In this document: positions 50,887 through 64,000 of the stretch, piece by piece
How positions within the stretch are numbered: the stretch's first letter is position 1
How the letters are laid out: the number at the start of each line of letters is the position of its first letter
NCBI GenBank assembly: GCA_024704765.1
Contig: JAKMXF010000332.1
Coordinates: 132,259 to 196,258, forward strand
Source: Oopsacas minuta
Taxonomy: Eukaryota > Animalia > Porifera
DNA length: 64,000 nt
Reading direction: 5' to 3'
The notes under the pieces: model-generated
The model's input: only the letters and a program-made list of their open reading frames with translations
The model's database searches: none
Told to the model about the DNA's origin: nothing
Translations under genes and position numbers: made by a program

Positions 50887-51120
50887 TAAGTGCTAAGAGT
50901 AAATACCCGAATGAATATTTATCAACCAAAATTCAAATTTATGTCATTATATTAGTGACAGGTGTTTCGATTTAAATGTTATATTAGATCCCAAAGTGTT
51001 TCAGTTGGAAATATTTACTCGTAATATTTGAAAATCATTGTAGAGAACCGGATGCGTATGGTAATTTTAGGAGAAACAAGTATATATGTAAGGAAACGCA
51101 ACGAAATACTGCCCATTCTA

Positions 51121-51745
51121 TTTGGGGCATTCAAAAATTCCCATCCTTAGTTTATAGTAGCCAAACTCTCCTCGATTACATGAAATGCATTTTATATCCT
51201 AATAAGCCAACGAGCACCTATGATATGCTGTTGAGCAATTCACTCTAGCTAATATAACCCTGATATATCCTACTTCCAATTTGACCTATTTTTGAGAGTC
51301 AACTTTTTCATGTCTTCAAAACAAATGTCAAGCAAAAGGGAACAACGAGCTTACGAAAAGATTTATGCAGAACTCGGATACAAACCACGCCAGATACATG
51401 GGGATCTAGTCATTGTTTAACATTGGGCAGCTCTAGCGTATCCCACTGTAAAGGAATGGCCACACAAATTAAAGTTGGTAGAGGCAGCATTGAAGATGAC
51501 CCTCGGATCGCGGACGAATTTCCGATACCACCGCTGAAATTGCCTCTGAAATCCTGGAAGATTTGGATACTGACTCCCATTTGAGCGTTGAAGAGATTGG
51601 TCAAATCCTGTACATCTCATTGGGGAAGTGTTCATACAATTCTACACGATTATCTCGAATACTAGAATGATTTCAGACAGATGGTTACCAAAAATCCTCA
51701 CAAGGGGGCATAAAGAGGAGAGGGTTTCATGCTTGACCAATCTAT
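51121..51745 (+). mobile_element. 5' fragment of a mariner element
   Basis: Starts ta|tttggggcattcaaaaa. Degenerate EQRAY...VGRGSIEDDPR HTH region, homologous to the 5' part of 53894-54800. The 3' boundary is approximate. Confidence 0.7.
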
Positions 51746-52318
51746 TTGTCACAATTAATTGATTAGGTTAATATTGAGTTGTTTCGCCTCTTTCTTTGAC
51801 TCTGAACAATATATTTAAAGTATATGTTTTGCAATGGTAGCACAATAATATATCCTGTATATAGCAATGTTCCCAAAAATTTAAGATTTTTGTAAAATAT
51901 TGGGAAGGGGAACCCCAAGATCTCAGATACAACAGCAATAGGCGAATAAATATGATTTATCTAAAGATGATGAAATACATAGTTTAATTATGAAGAATAA
52001 CCATTGTTGATTTGAAAAATGGCACATACGCTATCAATTAATATTAACGCTTTGAAGAGGCCGCATAGGTGTTAAGAATATTTTGTGGAATCAATTGTGC
52101 AAAGAGTAATCTCAATACTCATATAAGAATAATGAAAACGATATAATACCTAACTTCCTATAAAGTATTCTTAACAATTTGCATGAAGAGCACAATAATG
52201 GCGCATAAATTTGTATCGAAATATTGAAAATAGAGAGATGTATTAACTGGACGGCTTCAAGTAATTGATTATAGAACAATAAATGCTATACGTAGATAAA
52301 GATTACCGAATTTAAATA

Positions 52319-52598
52319 TCGTATCTATTCGAATAGTACCGGGGCGATTATAAATTTTAACCCATTCTAAGGGGCGACAATTATTCAAGTGAAGTGATTG
52401 GGTAGGTACTAGGTAGCTCTTCATTTAGCCACACTAAATGGAGTAATGCTATTAGTATCTACATTGATCTACTATTTGGATAGATGCGATATTAACAATT
52501 CGGGGTAGGCGATTATTAATTTCAAACACCCCAAAAGGGGGGCAATTGTTCGAGGGAGGCGATTATTTGAATAGGTGCTACTATTCGAATAAATACGA
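52319..52598. mobile_element. 280-bp pogo-like MITE
   Basis: TIRs tcgtat(c/t)tattcgaatagta with TA flanks, plus an internal direct repeat (ggcgatta...ggggc...aatt.ttc). Confidence 0.7.
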
Positions 52599-53893
52599 TA
52601 AACCAAGAAGTAACAATACATTGGTTAAATACAAGAATACGATAAAATAGTTCATTTTTAGAGAAATATGAGTTGTGTTTAGGGACAAAATATTTATAGA
52701 ACTATTTGGGTTTCATTGTGTTGAATCTTTGAGTGTTTTCCACATATACTTCAAGGGTAGCAAGGGATTCAAATACAAAATCTTTTGAAATAAATGCAAT
52801 AGAATTCACAGAATAATTGTTTACTCCCGACAGATATATAAATACAGTTTTGACAGAATTATTAAATATGAAGCACATTTCACAAAAGGTTATAACTATT
52901 GGGTGTCTGCTTCACCTGTTGATGAATTAATATCGAGTAAAATTAAACAAAGGTTCTGAATGATTTATGCCAAATAATAATAGGAGACCATGGACCGAAA
53001 ACTCCCCGAAATTTGAATACGAATAGAATACTCGGTAGCCTATTCCAGTGAATATTTGATGAAGGATACACTAGCAACCACACATGCATATATTTCAAAT
53101 AGGAGAAAGCAATAATCTTGGAACACCTTGGAATCTGGGAGTATGATTTCAGTATATGTTTCTACACATATTTCAACACCTCACCCAATATATGCATCCA
53201 AAAGAGGAACAATTTACGTTTTGAAAAATACATACATTCGACATCAGATAATTTCACGTGTACACGAAAGACAAATCGTTGGCGTTAACGAATAACAGGA
53301 TTATTGAAGGTTCGAAAAAAAATAGACAGAACATCAAAATACAAGAACACAAAACTAGGTATTAAGAAGTAAAGACTATGCAATATGCCAGTGATGCCCA
53401 ACTAGGCAGATCGCAGTCCGGATTCGGACATTTCTTCAATCTAATCCGGACCGCAAGCTTCGGATTGGATTCATCCAAACTCCTTTCAGATTCTGACTAT
53501 CTAAGAAATATATTCTATGTAATTACTCTTCGAGATAGTTTTGCCAACTTAATTATATATACAATTTCATTTAAATAGAGACTTAACTTCCACTGATTAT
53601 AATACATGAATTATCATTCCAAGTAAATAGTTTATGACTTTTATGTACTTATTAGCATTAGATTCACAGTAGGAAATTTAGTGGTATATTGCAGTTTCAT
53701 AGAAGCGATTAATTTAGTGAAATATATGTAGTCGACCGCTGATCTTTTGGTATAAATATATGGAACTTTACTGAAATACTTGGGGAATCTATACAGTATG
53801 CGAAGTTTAGTATATTTCAAAATACTATCCGGTAACAGAAACATGTACAAGGTGCTAAGAAAATGATATCCGATTATTGGAAAACAAATAATA

Positions 53894-54800
53894 CTTCTGG
53901 CATTCAAAAACTTGCCATCTTTGTTGAATACCTTGACACTACATCTTACGAACCTAAATTGTACATAAAATGTTCGAAATACTCCCCCTCTACATCTATG
54001 CATAGTTGTAGCCTTTCAACCCACGACGAAAATGGATTTTTCTACTCGTCTCTATTCACTGAATTAAGGTAGTGTTAATCCCATTTCCTAACTCTTGTGG
54101 GGTTTGAAATAGCCGCCCTCCGAAATGTGTTTTCAAGTGAGGAAATAGCCTGAAATTACAACTGATAGATCTGAGGAATAAGGAGGATGTTCTTCGCGCA
54201 TCTTGTCCTCTTATCCTCTTGCCATTTGGAAGGTTTTTGGTATCCATCGTACTGAAATCTTTCGATATTCGAGATAATCGGTAGAATTGTATGATCACTC
54301 CCCGATGAGATGTCCAAGATTAGGGCAATCTCCTCAACTCTCAAATGGGGTCAATATCGAATAGTTCCAGAATTTGAGCAATATCAGGGGTGGTTGCAGA
54401 AATTGGTCTTACAGTCCGAGGGTCATCTTCAATGCTGCCTCTACCGCCATTAATTTACGTGCCCATTCCTTTACAGTGGGATACGCTAGAGGTTCCCAAT
54501 GTTCAACGGTGACGAGATCCCAATGTATCTGGAGTGGTTTGTCGCTGAGTACGGTACGAATCTTTATATAATCTCATTGTTCGGTTTGCTTGATATGTGT
54601 TTTGAAACCATGAAAAATTTGCCGCCGAAATAGGTAAAATTGAAGGTAGTATATATCAAGATATATATATAGCTTGAGTGAATTGCTAAACTGCTTTAAA
54701 TAGGCAATCGATAAGACTAATCGGATACTATAAATCTCATGAAATCGAGCAGAGTTTAGCTGCTATAAACTAATGATGGGAACTCTTTGAATACTCTAAG
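53894..54800 (-). mobile_element. Internally deleted mariner derivative (907 bp)
   Basis: The HTH region jumps directly to an EHPPYSSDLS-like C-terminal block and FPHLKTHFGGRLF. Degenerate TIRs (ggcattcaaaaa / agtattcaaaga) with TA flanks. Confidence 0.78.
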
Positions 54801-56325
54801 TACTCGAATATTATGAGATATTATTGGGAGGTATTCTAGTACATTATCGATAAGATAACCAATAATAATCAACGCGAAGTTCGAACATCAAATTATCGGA
54901 AAGTGATAATTCGCTATTAAGATTTGAAAAATATTATAGGGATTAAATTTAAAGTAATTAATCACAATTGTAAAATAAAGTGATTACCAATTTTCCACGA
55001 GAAAATTACAATCCATTCATCTTTGACTCAGATTGCAAGATAATCGTATCTGAACCTGAAAATTTCTGTATTAAGTTTTGTGGGATGGGACAGAGTGTGC
55101 AAGGAGAATGTGTCAAAATGTTTTGTGAAAGTAGCGATGCTATAGTTAAACATAATCAAATATAATCGTGGGGCCTGGTCTGCCAATTTGGTAAAGATAA
55201 TGGTTAGGAAGAAATATCTCTTGATGTTCGAATTTTATCAAATAGATTTACATTCTTCATAAATTTCCAATGAATAACAAAATTTTGGATGATTTTTAAA
55301 GAATTCGCGTTTATCCCTATCCTATGGAAAATGTTAAGTAAGATATTTTGTGAGTATATAACAGCTTTTCGTTGATAAGGAATAATATCTCAATATACGG
55401 GAATGTCAAATAACAATCATACAAAAATATAATATGTGTCACAATATTCATAATCTAAAGGTATAAAATAGTATGGATATATATATATACTCATTAAAAA
55501 AGAAAGATCTGCAGCATATGATAACTAAAAGAGAAATATACGAAAAAGGTAATAACGCAGAAAATACATTCCTCAAAATTTTCAAAAGGAAGATGGGAAA
55601 ACATATACAAGAATATTTCCCTTGAAGTTAATTCTATTGTATACATGAAACTGCCCAAATACAAGATAGCATTTGAACTAACAAAAAAATGCACCATGAC
55701 AAAGTTCAATAACAAAGGTTATAGGCTCATCCAATCAGAGGAAAATATCAATACAGGAAGGTCGAGGTCAAATGTGTTTTCCCAAATAATAATTCTCATT
55801 AGGGAATCTTGCTGAGCATTGATATACCATCTATATGTGTATTAATGCAATTAGACAAGTTTGAAAACTAAGAGAACGAGTCTGACTATAATCAATTTTA
55901 TAATGGATACTCCAGTGAAATAACACTCCAATACCCTTCGGCAACAATTAGGGGATTACTTGATTAAAATCACCCAGAAGGAGCATACATTGAGGGCAAA
56001 TAACATAAGACAAAGAGTCCGTGGTGAGTGAAAAGGCCTGAATGACATACGTAGGACTGTATTTATTATGTGCAGGGAGGAAGAAGAAATATTACACTGC
56101 ACATACTGATGATTATCATAGAGAATCATTTCAAAGTCGATGAACATGATATTCTATCCGTAAACAAAAATAGCCCTTAGGATCTTTAGGTTTAAGACAG
56201 TAAGGCCGCTACAGTGAATACACAATTGGTGCAACGCAATACTTGACGAATTGTGATAACATGTAAATACACTAACAGAAAACGTTGGGAAAAATACGCT
56301 AAAATAGTTATTAACAGATTATCTA

Positions 56326-57631
56326 CAGGGTGGCCAATATGTTCTGGCACATAGAAAAACTACTATAATTTAACCAATATTCATTATATTAAGTTGATAT
56401 TTTAGCATAAGTAGTTAGGCATTATGAGTTTTATTGTGCACAATCTCTATTCTATGTATCCGCTTTTCTTTTTGATAACAGCCTTCAGACGCCCGGGGAC
56501 TGCCCACACTGCGGTACGCAGCATTTCCTGGGATTTTTGCCCATTCTCCCTTCAGAGATTGCTATAGAGACTCAATACTGTTATGGGACTTCGAGCAAGC
56601 ACTTGACTCCCAAATGGAACACACTGAGAAATCTAGAGGGTTGAGGTCTGGGTAAGACGGCCATTCTACCTTTGAGATAAAGTCAGGAATATTTGTCTGA
56701 AGCCATCGCTGAGTACTGTTTGCTGTATGGGCAGGAGCACCGTCTTGTTGGAATATGAACGGCTGGTATTCAAACATCATCTCACCAAGATCTTTCACAA
56801 TGGGCTGTAAAATGAGCTCCTTAGACGTTGCAGTATTGATTTTGACCCCTACAGGGACAAAAACCAGTGGTGCGCGGCCAACAGAAGATACTCCGGCCCA
56901 AACCAGCAACAAGAGTGGTTTCTGGACTCTTTTGACGTACCTGTACTAATTAGGGATAGTAGAAGTGCTTTTAGATCATACTCTATCATTTTTGACGATT
57001 GAATGCTTATTCAACGGTGAAAAGTTTTCATCGGAGAAAAGGACTTGATCCAGTCCCTGGGCTGCGAATCGTGCATGGAGGACTTTGCTTCTTGAGAGCC
57101 TCTTTGTCTTTATTTTGTCTGAAAGGAAATGGACTCTCCTTTCTCAAACGAAGATAGCCTTAAGTCTCTCTTGACAATCGTTTGAAGAAATCCACGGGAT
57201 ATTTTCAGTTCTGTAGCCATTTTTCTGATCGTTCGCTGAGGATTTCGTCACACTCGACTCTGCACTACCTTTCGTATCTTTGCGGTCGTGATGGAGACCG
57301 AGCGACCAGTTTTGTCTCTGTCCATCACGCCACCAGTCTCATTGAAGCGTTTTATCGTACGGATTACGAAATTCTGACGTGTCTATGGAATTTTTAGAAG
57401 TTTCATTATTTCTTAATTGTTTTATCTCATTTTGAAATTATTCAACAATCACCGACCGTTCTTTCTCCATAGCTGATATTTTGTTCTTCGTTTTCAAATA
57501 GTGTATTTTCAATGAATATTTTATTGCGAGAGATAACAGAATATATACAAACCAGTAACGTCAATCAATCTAAATCATGAAACATTTTAGTACGATATAA
57601 AATCATGTGCCAGAACTTATTGACCACCCTG
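56326..57631 (-). mobile_element. maT/DD37D-type element (1306 bp), defective transposase
   Basis: TIRs cagggtgg(c/t)caata(t/a)gttctggcac with TA flanks. Close relative of 15856-17158. Confidence 0.95.
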
Positions 57632-58537
57632 TAAGAGTTGAAAATAAATGAAAACTAAACAAATAGACAAACCTCTATGCTTCGTAGTTTCATATATTGC
57701 GATGTCAAATATCATAAATTGGAGTTCAGAAGTGTACATCACGGAAGATTGAATAGGTTGGATTTGTAACGTGGATTGAGAAACATCAGGATGCTGGTAA
57801 ATGCCTAAAGCAAAATATGGATAAGAAAATATCAAAAATTAGTTATATTGAATTCTTGACTAAAGTTTTTGCAAGACGGTAACAAAGGGGTACTTTAGTA
57901 CCACCCCATAGTACTTCATACATTCCAAACTGATTCAAACAGGGTACTCGGAAGTGTGCCTAAATATAGGAGCATAATATTTATGGTTCAGTAGTATTAA
58001 CCTTTCTAATTTTCATTATCAATATTTGACTGAAAATTGTCGAATCCATCATCTACAAGCTAAAAAAGTTGGTTATTTAACCCCATGTTCTAGAAATAGA
58101 TCCAATAGTGTAATCAATATTAGCATGTGAATATAGTATAAATAGTTGACAATTCTGATGGTCCACAAACTTTTTTATTTTCTATGATGATTTCTAGTTT
58201 ATCAACAAGGTTCTCTTCTATTGTCCGTGAAATACATTTAGGCTTTTCTTATGCAGAACCTGTATATAATATTCTAAAATCGACTATCTGTAATATTAAA
58301 GATTGTGGTCTGTTGTCGAAGCGGGGTACAGACAAATATCCACTCAATGTTCAATTATTCAAATGTCTTCTACGGATTCGACACTGCGACCAAAAGCACA
58401 GCATCCATGCAATCCAGAAAGAAAATTTATTAGATTTCTTTATATTTGTTTACATCATCAAATCCATCAGGAAAAATGGGTAAATCTAAACATTTGGAAA
58501 ATAAATTCATTTTCAGAAATTCGATTATTGCCAATTA

Positions 58538-59845
58538 CAGGGTGACACAAAAGTTCTGCAACAAATTTCAGTCTTATTATTAATAGTAAACCCTAATCCA
58601 AATCTTAGTTCTACTATGTATATCCAATTAACACACAATTATATTTAGCTCCTACTATATTTGATCATTCAGTATCATTATGTTTGGAGTATCAGTATTT
58701 CAACAAAAGCGCTCTGCTGTTGTTCAATTATTTCTCAATCGTAAATAGCAATGCCAGATACCAAGAATCCTTGGTTCAATCAAATACATACGATCTTTAT
58801 ATCTCGAACAATTAAACGCTATAACTAGACGGGAAAGATCACAGATCTTCAACGATCAGGGCGACCACGCACGATCAGGACGCCTGCTAACAAGAAGATT
58901 CAGCTGATTTTGAACCGTCAACCAACAATGTGCACCCGAAAGGTCGCCGCAAAAGTCGGGATTGACAGAGAATCTGTTCGGCGAATAATTCACAAGGATT
59001 TAGGCATAAAATGTTTCAAACAAACAAGGGGAGAGTCTCTTAATCCCCAAACTATTTCAAAGAGGATATAAAGTTGTCGAAAACTGCAGGCCTGGCTCAA
59101 AAATGTTAACTGTGAATCAATTATCTTTTCAGACAAAAAAATCTGTATAAAGGAAAAGTACAACTCCAAAAATTCATGTGTTTATTCCCTTACACGAAAG
59201 GATATCCCAGAGAAATTTCGGACTGTCCAGAAAGACAACACCCTAAATGCATTATGGTTTGGGCAGGAATCTCAGCAAAGGGAAAAACCCCTTAGTATTC
59301 ATGCCAGATGGATTAAAAATTAATGCAGATTTGTACATGACCAAAAATTTGAAGAAATATGTTCTTTCTATCAGTTCAACCTTCATGAAAAACACGCAAT
59401 GGGTATTCCAACAGGATGGTGCCCATACAGCGAAAGTATCACAAGATTGGTTGTCAACGAATTTACCAGGCTTTTTATCCCGTATCGATTGGCCTCCTGC
59501 AAGTCCAGATTTAAACTATTGTGACTATATTTATGGGGAGATTAGAGGAAATAGTGAATAATAGAGCATACGATAATATTCCAGTATTTAAATGGGCTTT
59601 GTCCAAAGTTTGGTCTGAATTAGACCAAGATGAAGTAGCTTGGGCCTGCAATTTGTTCCCAGACAGAGTGAGAAGTTGTCTGAAGGCCCGAGGGAGTAGA
59701 TTTGAAATGAACTAGATTCAAACTGTATTGAAATTGTGTATTTAGGTATAGTTTATTATTCTTAGTCAGGCTTTAGAGTTGTTACTTCCCTTTTATGTAT
59801 TCAATGAATATTTCAATTTTGTTGCAGAACTTTTGTGTCACCCTG
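58538..59845 (+). mobile_element. Divergent maT/DD37D-type element (1308 bp), defective transposase ~58680-59715
   Basis: Perfect 26-bp TIRs cagggtgacacaaaagttctgcaaca with TA flanks. WVFQQDGAH...WPPASPDLNYCD (D-D spacing 35, probably from a 2-codon loss). Confidence 0.93.
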
Positions 59846-60551
59846 TAATAGCAAATGCAAAACGAAATATAAGTGACATAAATAAATCTCTTCGTGAAAT
59901 TTATCGATCCTCCATTTCGACAATCCACTTTAAGTCTAAATCAAAATATGATTATCGCGAAATTGGCTATGCACCAATTGAAGATACCCGTAATTAGAAA
60001 AATCTGATAAATATCTTGAAGTATGCACCAAAATTAACAGCCAAAGCTTGTTGGCCCTCTAGGTTAGGACGACAAAATGTTAGTTTTCCATTGAAATAAT
60101 ATTATGAAACAACATCAGTTGGTCTACTAGCTTGAAAATGGAAAATAACACCAAACACATAAATCAAAGGGTAGAATATCTTGAGCTAATCAATAAAGTG
60201 CGAAAAATATTTAATTTAAACTGAGTTGGGTAGGAAAAATATACTATTTAATGATGAATATTCAGTTCCAATTTATCCCTTGGACTTTTGTTTACATTTG
60301 AACAACGTTGTCTCTTAGTTGGATTGCTGGCTATATACATCTGAAAAGTGTACAACACAAACCTTTACCAGCTTCAGACACACTTGCGAGGTGTTAGCAC
60401 TTCTAGTCACACAACTTAAAGCAGTACTGCCAAATGAATTCAGAAAAATTAATGAGATTTAACGAAAAACTTACGTATAAAACATATTTTATACGGAGAT
60501 TTGAAATCCCTTAATGATCCCAACAAGCATCAATATGATTTTTCAAATGCC

Positions 60552-63285
60552 CATAGGCGTAAGGTTTTGTCCAAAAGTCAAAATCTGGAGGGGCGGGGCG
60601 TGAATACAACATACGTCAGCACATGATTAACCGTAACTAACTCAAACATATAATTTTCTACTATTAGTCTATTGCAATCTCTAATTAAATGGATGACTTA
60701 GGTCCGAACAAGTTATGACGCTGCATTGTTCTGCCAATAAACTCTTCCATTAGAGGTCTGATATCCATTTCTTCAGTGATATCCTTGTGTGCTGCGAGAA
60801 CAGCGCAGTGATTGAGACGCTGCTGAGTCTGAGAATATCTCAGCCAGGTGTGGATCCTCCTCATCATACTAAAGGAGCGCTCAGCACCACACACTGATAC
60901 TGGTAGACATACTTAAATGGTGCATATCATGTGCAGATTTGGTAGTAAAACTTGAGTGTTGTCTCTTCTACGAAATTCGAACGCAGAATTTTGATGGTTG
61001 GTACGACTCCATTTCCTTCACATAGGGTGAACCAATTGCGCCGTTCTTGTCTGAGCATCTCAAACTGTACATCAACTTCATAAAATTGGACCAATTCAGT
61101 TAAATCTACATCTGACATTTGGGGCCTTCGAGAGATTTGCGCAACAGTTCCACTATTTCTAAGTCATTAGCAGAATACCTATCTGTGAGTGCATTCGAAC
61201 AAACATTCATCACAGCCAAATATAGACCAGCGTAAAACTCTTTTATTTGTTCTTCTGTCACCGGATTCTGGGTAGCAGCTCGAGTCCGTGCGCCACGTGC
61301 TCGTTCAACCCTGGGCAATGCAGGCAGGTCCAGATGTAGGTCATCAAGGGCCGAAAACTTAGCAGCGACTTACAGCTCTGCTGCGTTTGTGCAGTTGATT
61401 ACTTCAGCCGAAAGAGATAAGGCCAAAGTACCAACCCAGTTTCTGACTTCTCCTGCTGTAACATGCCTGCTCTGGTATTGCACATGGATTGGGTGACTTT
61501 CCATAGAACAGCCTGGACAATTCTGAGGCAAAAATAGTTCTAAAATGTCTCAAGACCCCTAAGATAACCCTCGACCCACTCTTTCTTGGCAGGCTCGGTG
61601 CGATCATTCTTAAGTTCATCCATGAACTCCAAAATAGAGGCATAATGAGCTAAGAAAGCGTCCACAGTAGGCAATCGCATCACCCAGCGTTTAGGACAAA
61701 GAGGTCTGAGAACAATGTTGTCAAGGTGAGGATCATCATCCATCTCCAGATCTTTGACGATATTGTTGAATCTGTTGAGCTTCTTTGGTGAATTCTTGAT
61801 GAAGTGAACCACAGAATTCATACTCTCCAGGGCTATGGACACCTCAGGAATCACTCCCAATGAATCTTGGACGCACAAGTTCAACTGGTGGCCGAGACAA
61901 TACAAGGTACAATGCTTTTGAATTTTCAGTCGACAGTTTAGCCTGCAGCCAATTACGTTTTCCGGCAACATTTGCTGCTCCGTCATATCCTTGTCTTCGA
62001 ATACCGGAAAAGGTAGACCAAAAGCTAGCAGTGAAGTCTTCACAAGATGCAGAAGAGTGTCGGCGTTAGTTCTAATTGTTGTGTGACAACCTAGAAAGAC
62101 TTCTTCACTTTCCATATGGGCATTACAGAAACGAATGCAGAATGAAACTTGCTCCTTCCTGTTGATGTCGGATGTTTCGTCCAGAATTATTGAGTATATA
62201 GACTATTCTTCAGCGCGCGTTCTTCCTACAGATTCTGATTTAATGCGAGTAACAAGATGGCGCTGGAGGCCGTGGGCGAAGATCTCCAAAATCTCGTTCT
62301 GGGACTGAGGTGTCAGATATTTCAATTTGATGTCAACAGTGATGTATTTTTGAACAGAAGTATTCAACTTTCCAATTAACTTGAACAAGCAATTTAAGTT
62401 GGCAGTGTTATCTTGATCACGGTGACCACGCAAAGCCAGACCCTGGTGCCCACATACTCTTACAACCTCGAACACAGCCTCTAGGCCAATCCTGTTCAAC
62501 TCGTTTTCATTCGCGACCATTCATCTAAAATCACCCGATGAATATGCGCCAGTTTCACCGCATTCAGTGCGTATTCTCCACCCTTATGAATTCCACAACC
62601 GTCGTGTTTCAAGATCCTATCACGCCCCCTTTTGAAGTCGGCCCATCCAGCCTCCCTGTTGATCCACAACATATTATTGCCACCTACATATGTTCTCATG
62701 TCAGCATTGTTGAAACACTTGCACTTGAGAGAGCAAAAACAGGTCATGCACTACAACGATTTCCTGTTTTCTTCCAACTTCAACCAGGAAAACTCTCCAA
62801 ACCAGCTACTGTTCATCTTGTGATTTGATGGGTTCATCTTAGGCATTTGGCCAGGAAGCTCGTACATGTTCTGGGTATCAGGGATCTCCAGTTCAATGAC
62901 TTCAATAGGAGAAGTAGAGTTCGCGACACCAAGTTCTTCACCATGCTCAGCAATTTGCAGAACATTTCCCAAGTTCTCTAATACGGAAGGCGTGGTTTCT
63001 AGGGGAAAGGTCATCTGCTTCTTGGAAATGAAGTGGGTCAAAAGAGTTTGATCTTGCTTCCTTTTCGTAGACTGTTCTGCCATAACAAGGAGGAATAGTA
63101 TTATACTTAAGAAGTATTCAGTACCTAAGATAATTAGCAGAGGCTAATCTACAAAAGAGATAACAAAATTGAAGTAAAATACATAAAATCTTCTCAAAAA
63201 ACTGGAGGGGCGGAAGCACCTTCGCCCCCCAGTTTTAAAGTCTAGGGGGCCAGCCCCCCCCGGTCCCCCAGACTTTACGCCTATG
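60552..63285 (-). mobile_element. hAT DNA transposon (ZMYM1/THAP12-like transposase), 2734 bp
   Basis: 11-bp perfect TIRs cataggcgtaa and a perfect 8-bp TSD caaatgcc (60544-60551 / 63286-63293). Confidence 0.96.
60685..63083 (-). pseudogene. hAT transposase pseudogene, multiply frameshifted
   Basis: WFGEFSWL, CGHQGLALRGH, SQNEILEI, IILDETSDINRKEQVSF, YCLGHQLNL, LCPKRWVMR and CGAERSFSMMRRIHTWLR. Confidence 0.92.
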
Positions 63286-63910
63286 CAAATGCCATTAGCT
63301 AACAACTTTTTATCAATAATCATAAATAAATGTAGATAATGGGCGCTTTCGCGTTGGTAAATAATAAACTACAATCACTATTGGCATGCAACAAACTATC
63401 AAAGTATCATTATACGTATATGTTCGTCATACTTTGAGAAAATTTGGAGTATTGACCTTCCATCATTAACAAAAAAATATTACGCATACATGTAACTCGC
63501 TAGAAATACGTAGAAATAAGTCTCCATTGTAGATACGTAGCTAGCAGTCAAATTTACACAGACTTGGTAGCACTGACATAAAGAGAATTGCGGCTACCAA
63601 TACCTCTAACTGCAAAGAATCTAGAATGATCTTCTTGATCAAATCTTAGATCTATTATGGACAGATATCAGGATCCCATTATCATATTTCTATTAACCAG
63701 ATAGTAGTGAGCGAACACAGCCTCCAACTTTCGAATTTTATACAGGTGTTCGATCTTAAATATTCTTCTGCGTCTAGCTCTACATATGGTACTATATCTC
63801 TGAAATAATATCTCAACAGATTAGCTGACGATTGTGATTGTATAAATCAGGAACAACTTGATATAGAACATTATCTCACCTAATTGAATGAAATCGTACT
63901 TCCTGAAATA

Positions 63911-64000
63911 CAGGGTGGCCCCAAAGTTCTGTCCCATCTTTTAATGTACAAGGAAATGAAGATACTAGAATCACTATACATGATTTAATGTTGTAATCGA
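63911..64000. mobile_element. Terminus of another maT-type element (continues beyond the window)
   Basis: ta|cagggtggccccaaagttctgtccc matches the TIR family of the DD37D elements above. Confidence 0.7.

Noticed and set aside
55952-56143. Two short plus-strand exons around a canonical-looking 52-nt GTGAGT...tgcAG intron (56024-56075)
   Set aside because: The peptide is short and unrecognised, no upstream exons could be linked, and a retroelement-relic reading competes. Not supportable without RNA data.
1-64000. Assigning the host species (the composition and TE mix are reminiscent of a sponge-like compact genome)
   Set aside because: There is no diagnostic marker in the window. It needs BLAST or phylogeny of PCM1 and the ligase.

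Overview
AT-rich eukaryotic (animal-like) genomic DNA. By my tally about 60-65% of the window is cut-and-paste DNA transposons, many of them nested: 8 maT/DD37D-type elements (one truncated by the window edge), 4 full-length plus 2 deleted mariner DD34D elements, 2 Tc1 elements (one with an intact DD34E ORF), 1 pogo/Tigger, Merlin (ISXO2/IS1595-like) elements of two subfamilies with ~350-370 bp TIRs, 3 hAT elements and several MITEs/foldbacks. A ~59-bp satellite with a ~175-178-bp trimeric higher-order repeat occupies ~2.6-4.7 kb and, in diverged form, 8.1-10.6 kb, with a polarity switch at a 36-bp palindrome. Only two host-type coding segments are recognisable. One is a PCM1 C-terminal-domain fragment (1848-2557, +), cut off at a single-N assembly join. 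The other is the 3' exon of an Rnl2/RNA-editing-ligase-family ATP-dependent RNA ligase (29630-30219, -), the most interesting item here; I could not place its upstream exons. I found no rRNA, tRNA or CRISPR array. Coordinates were read by eye and may be off by a few bases; protein family calls rest on recalled motifs, not database searches.
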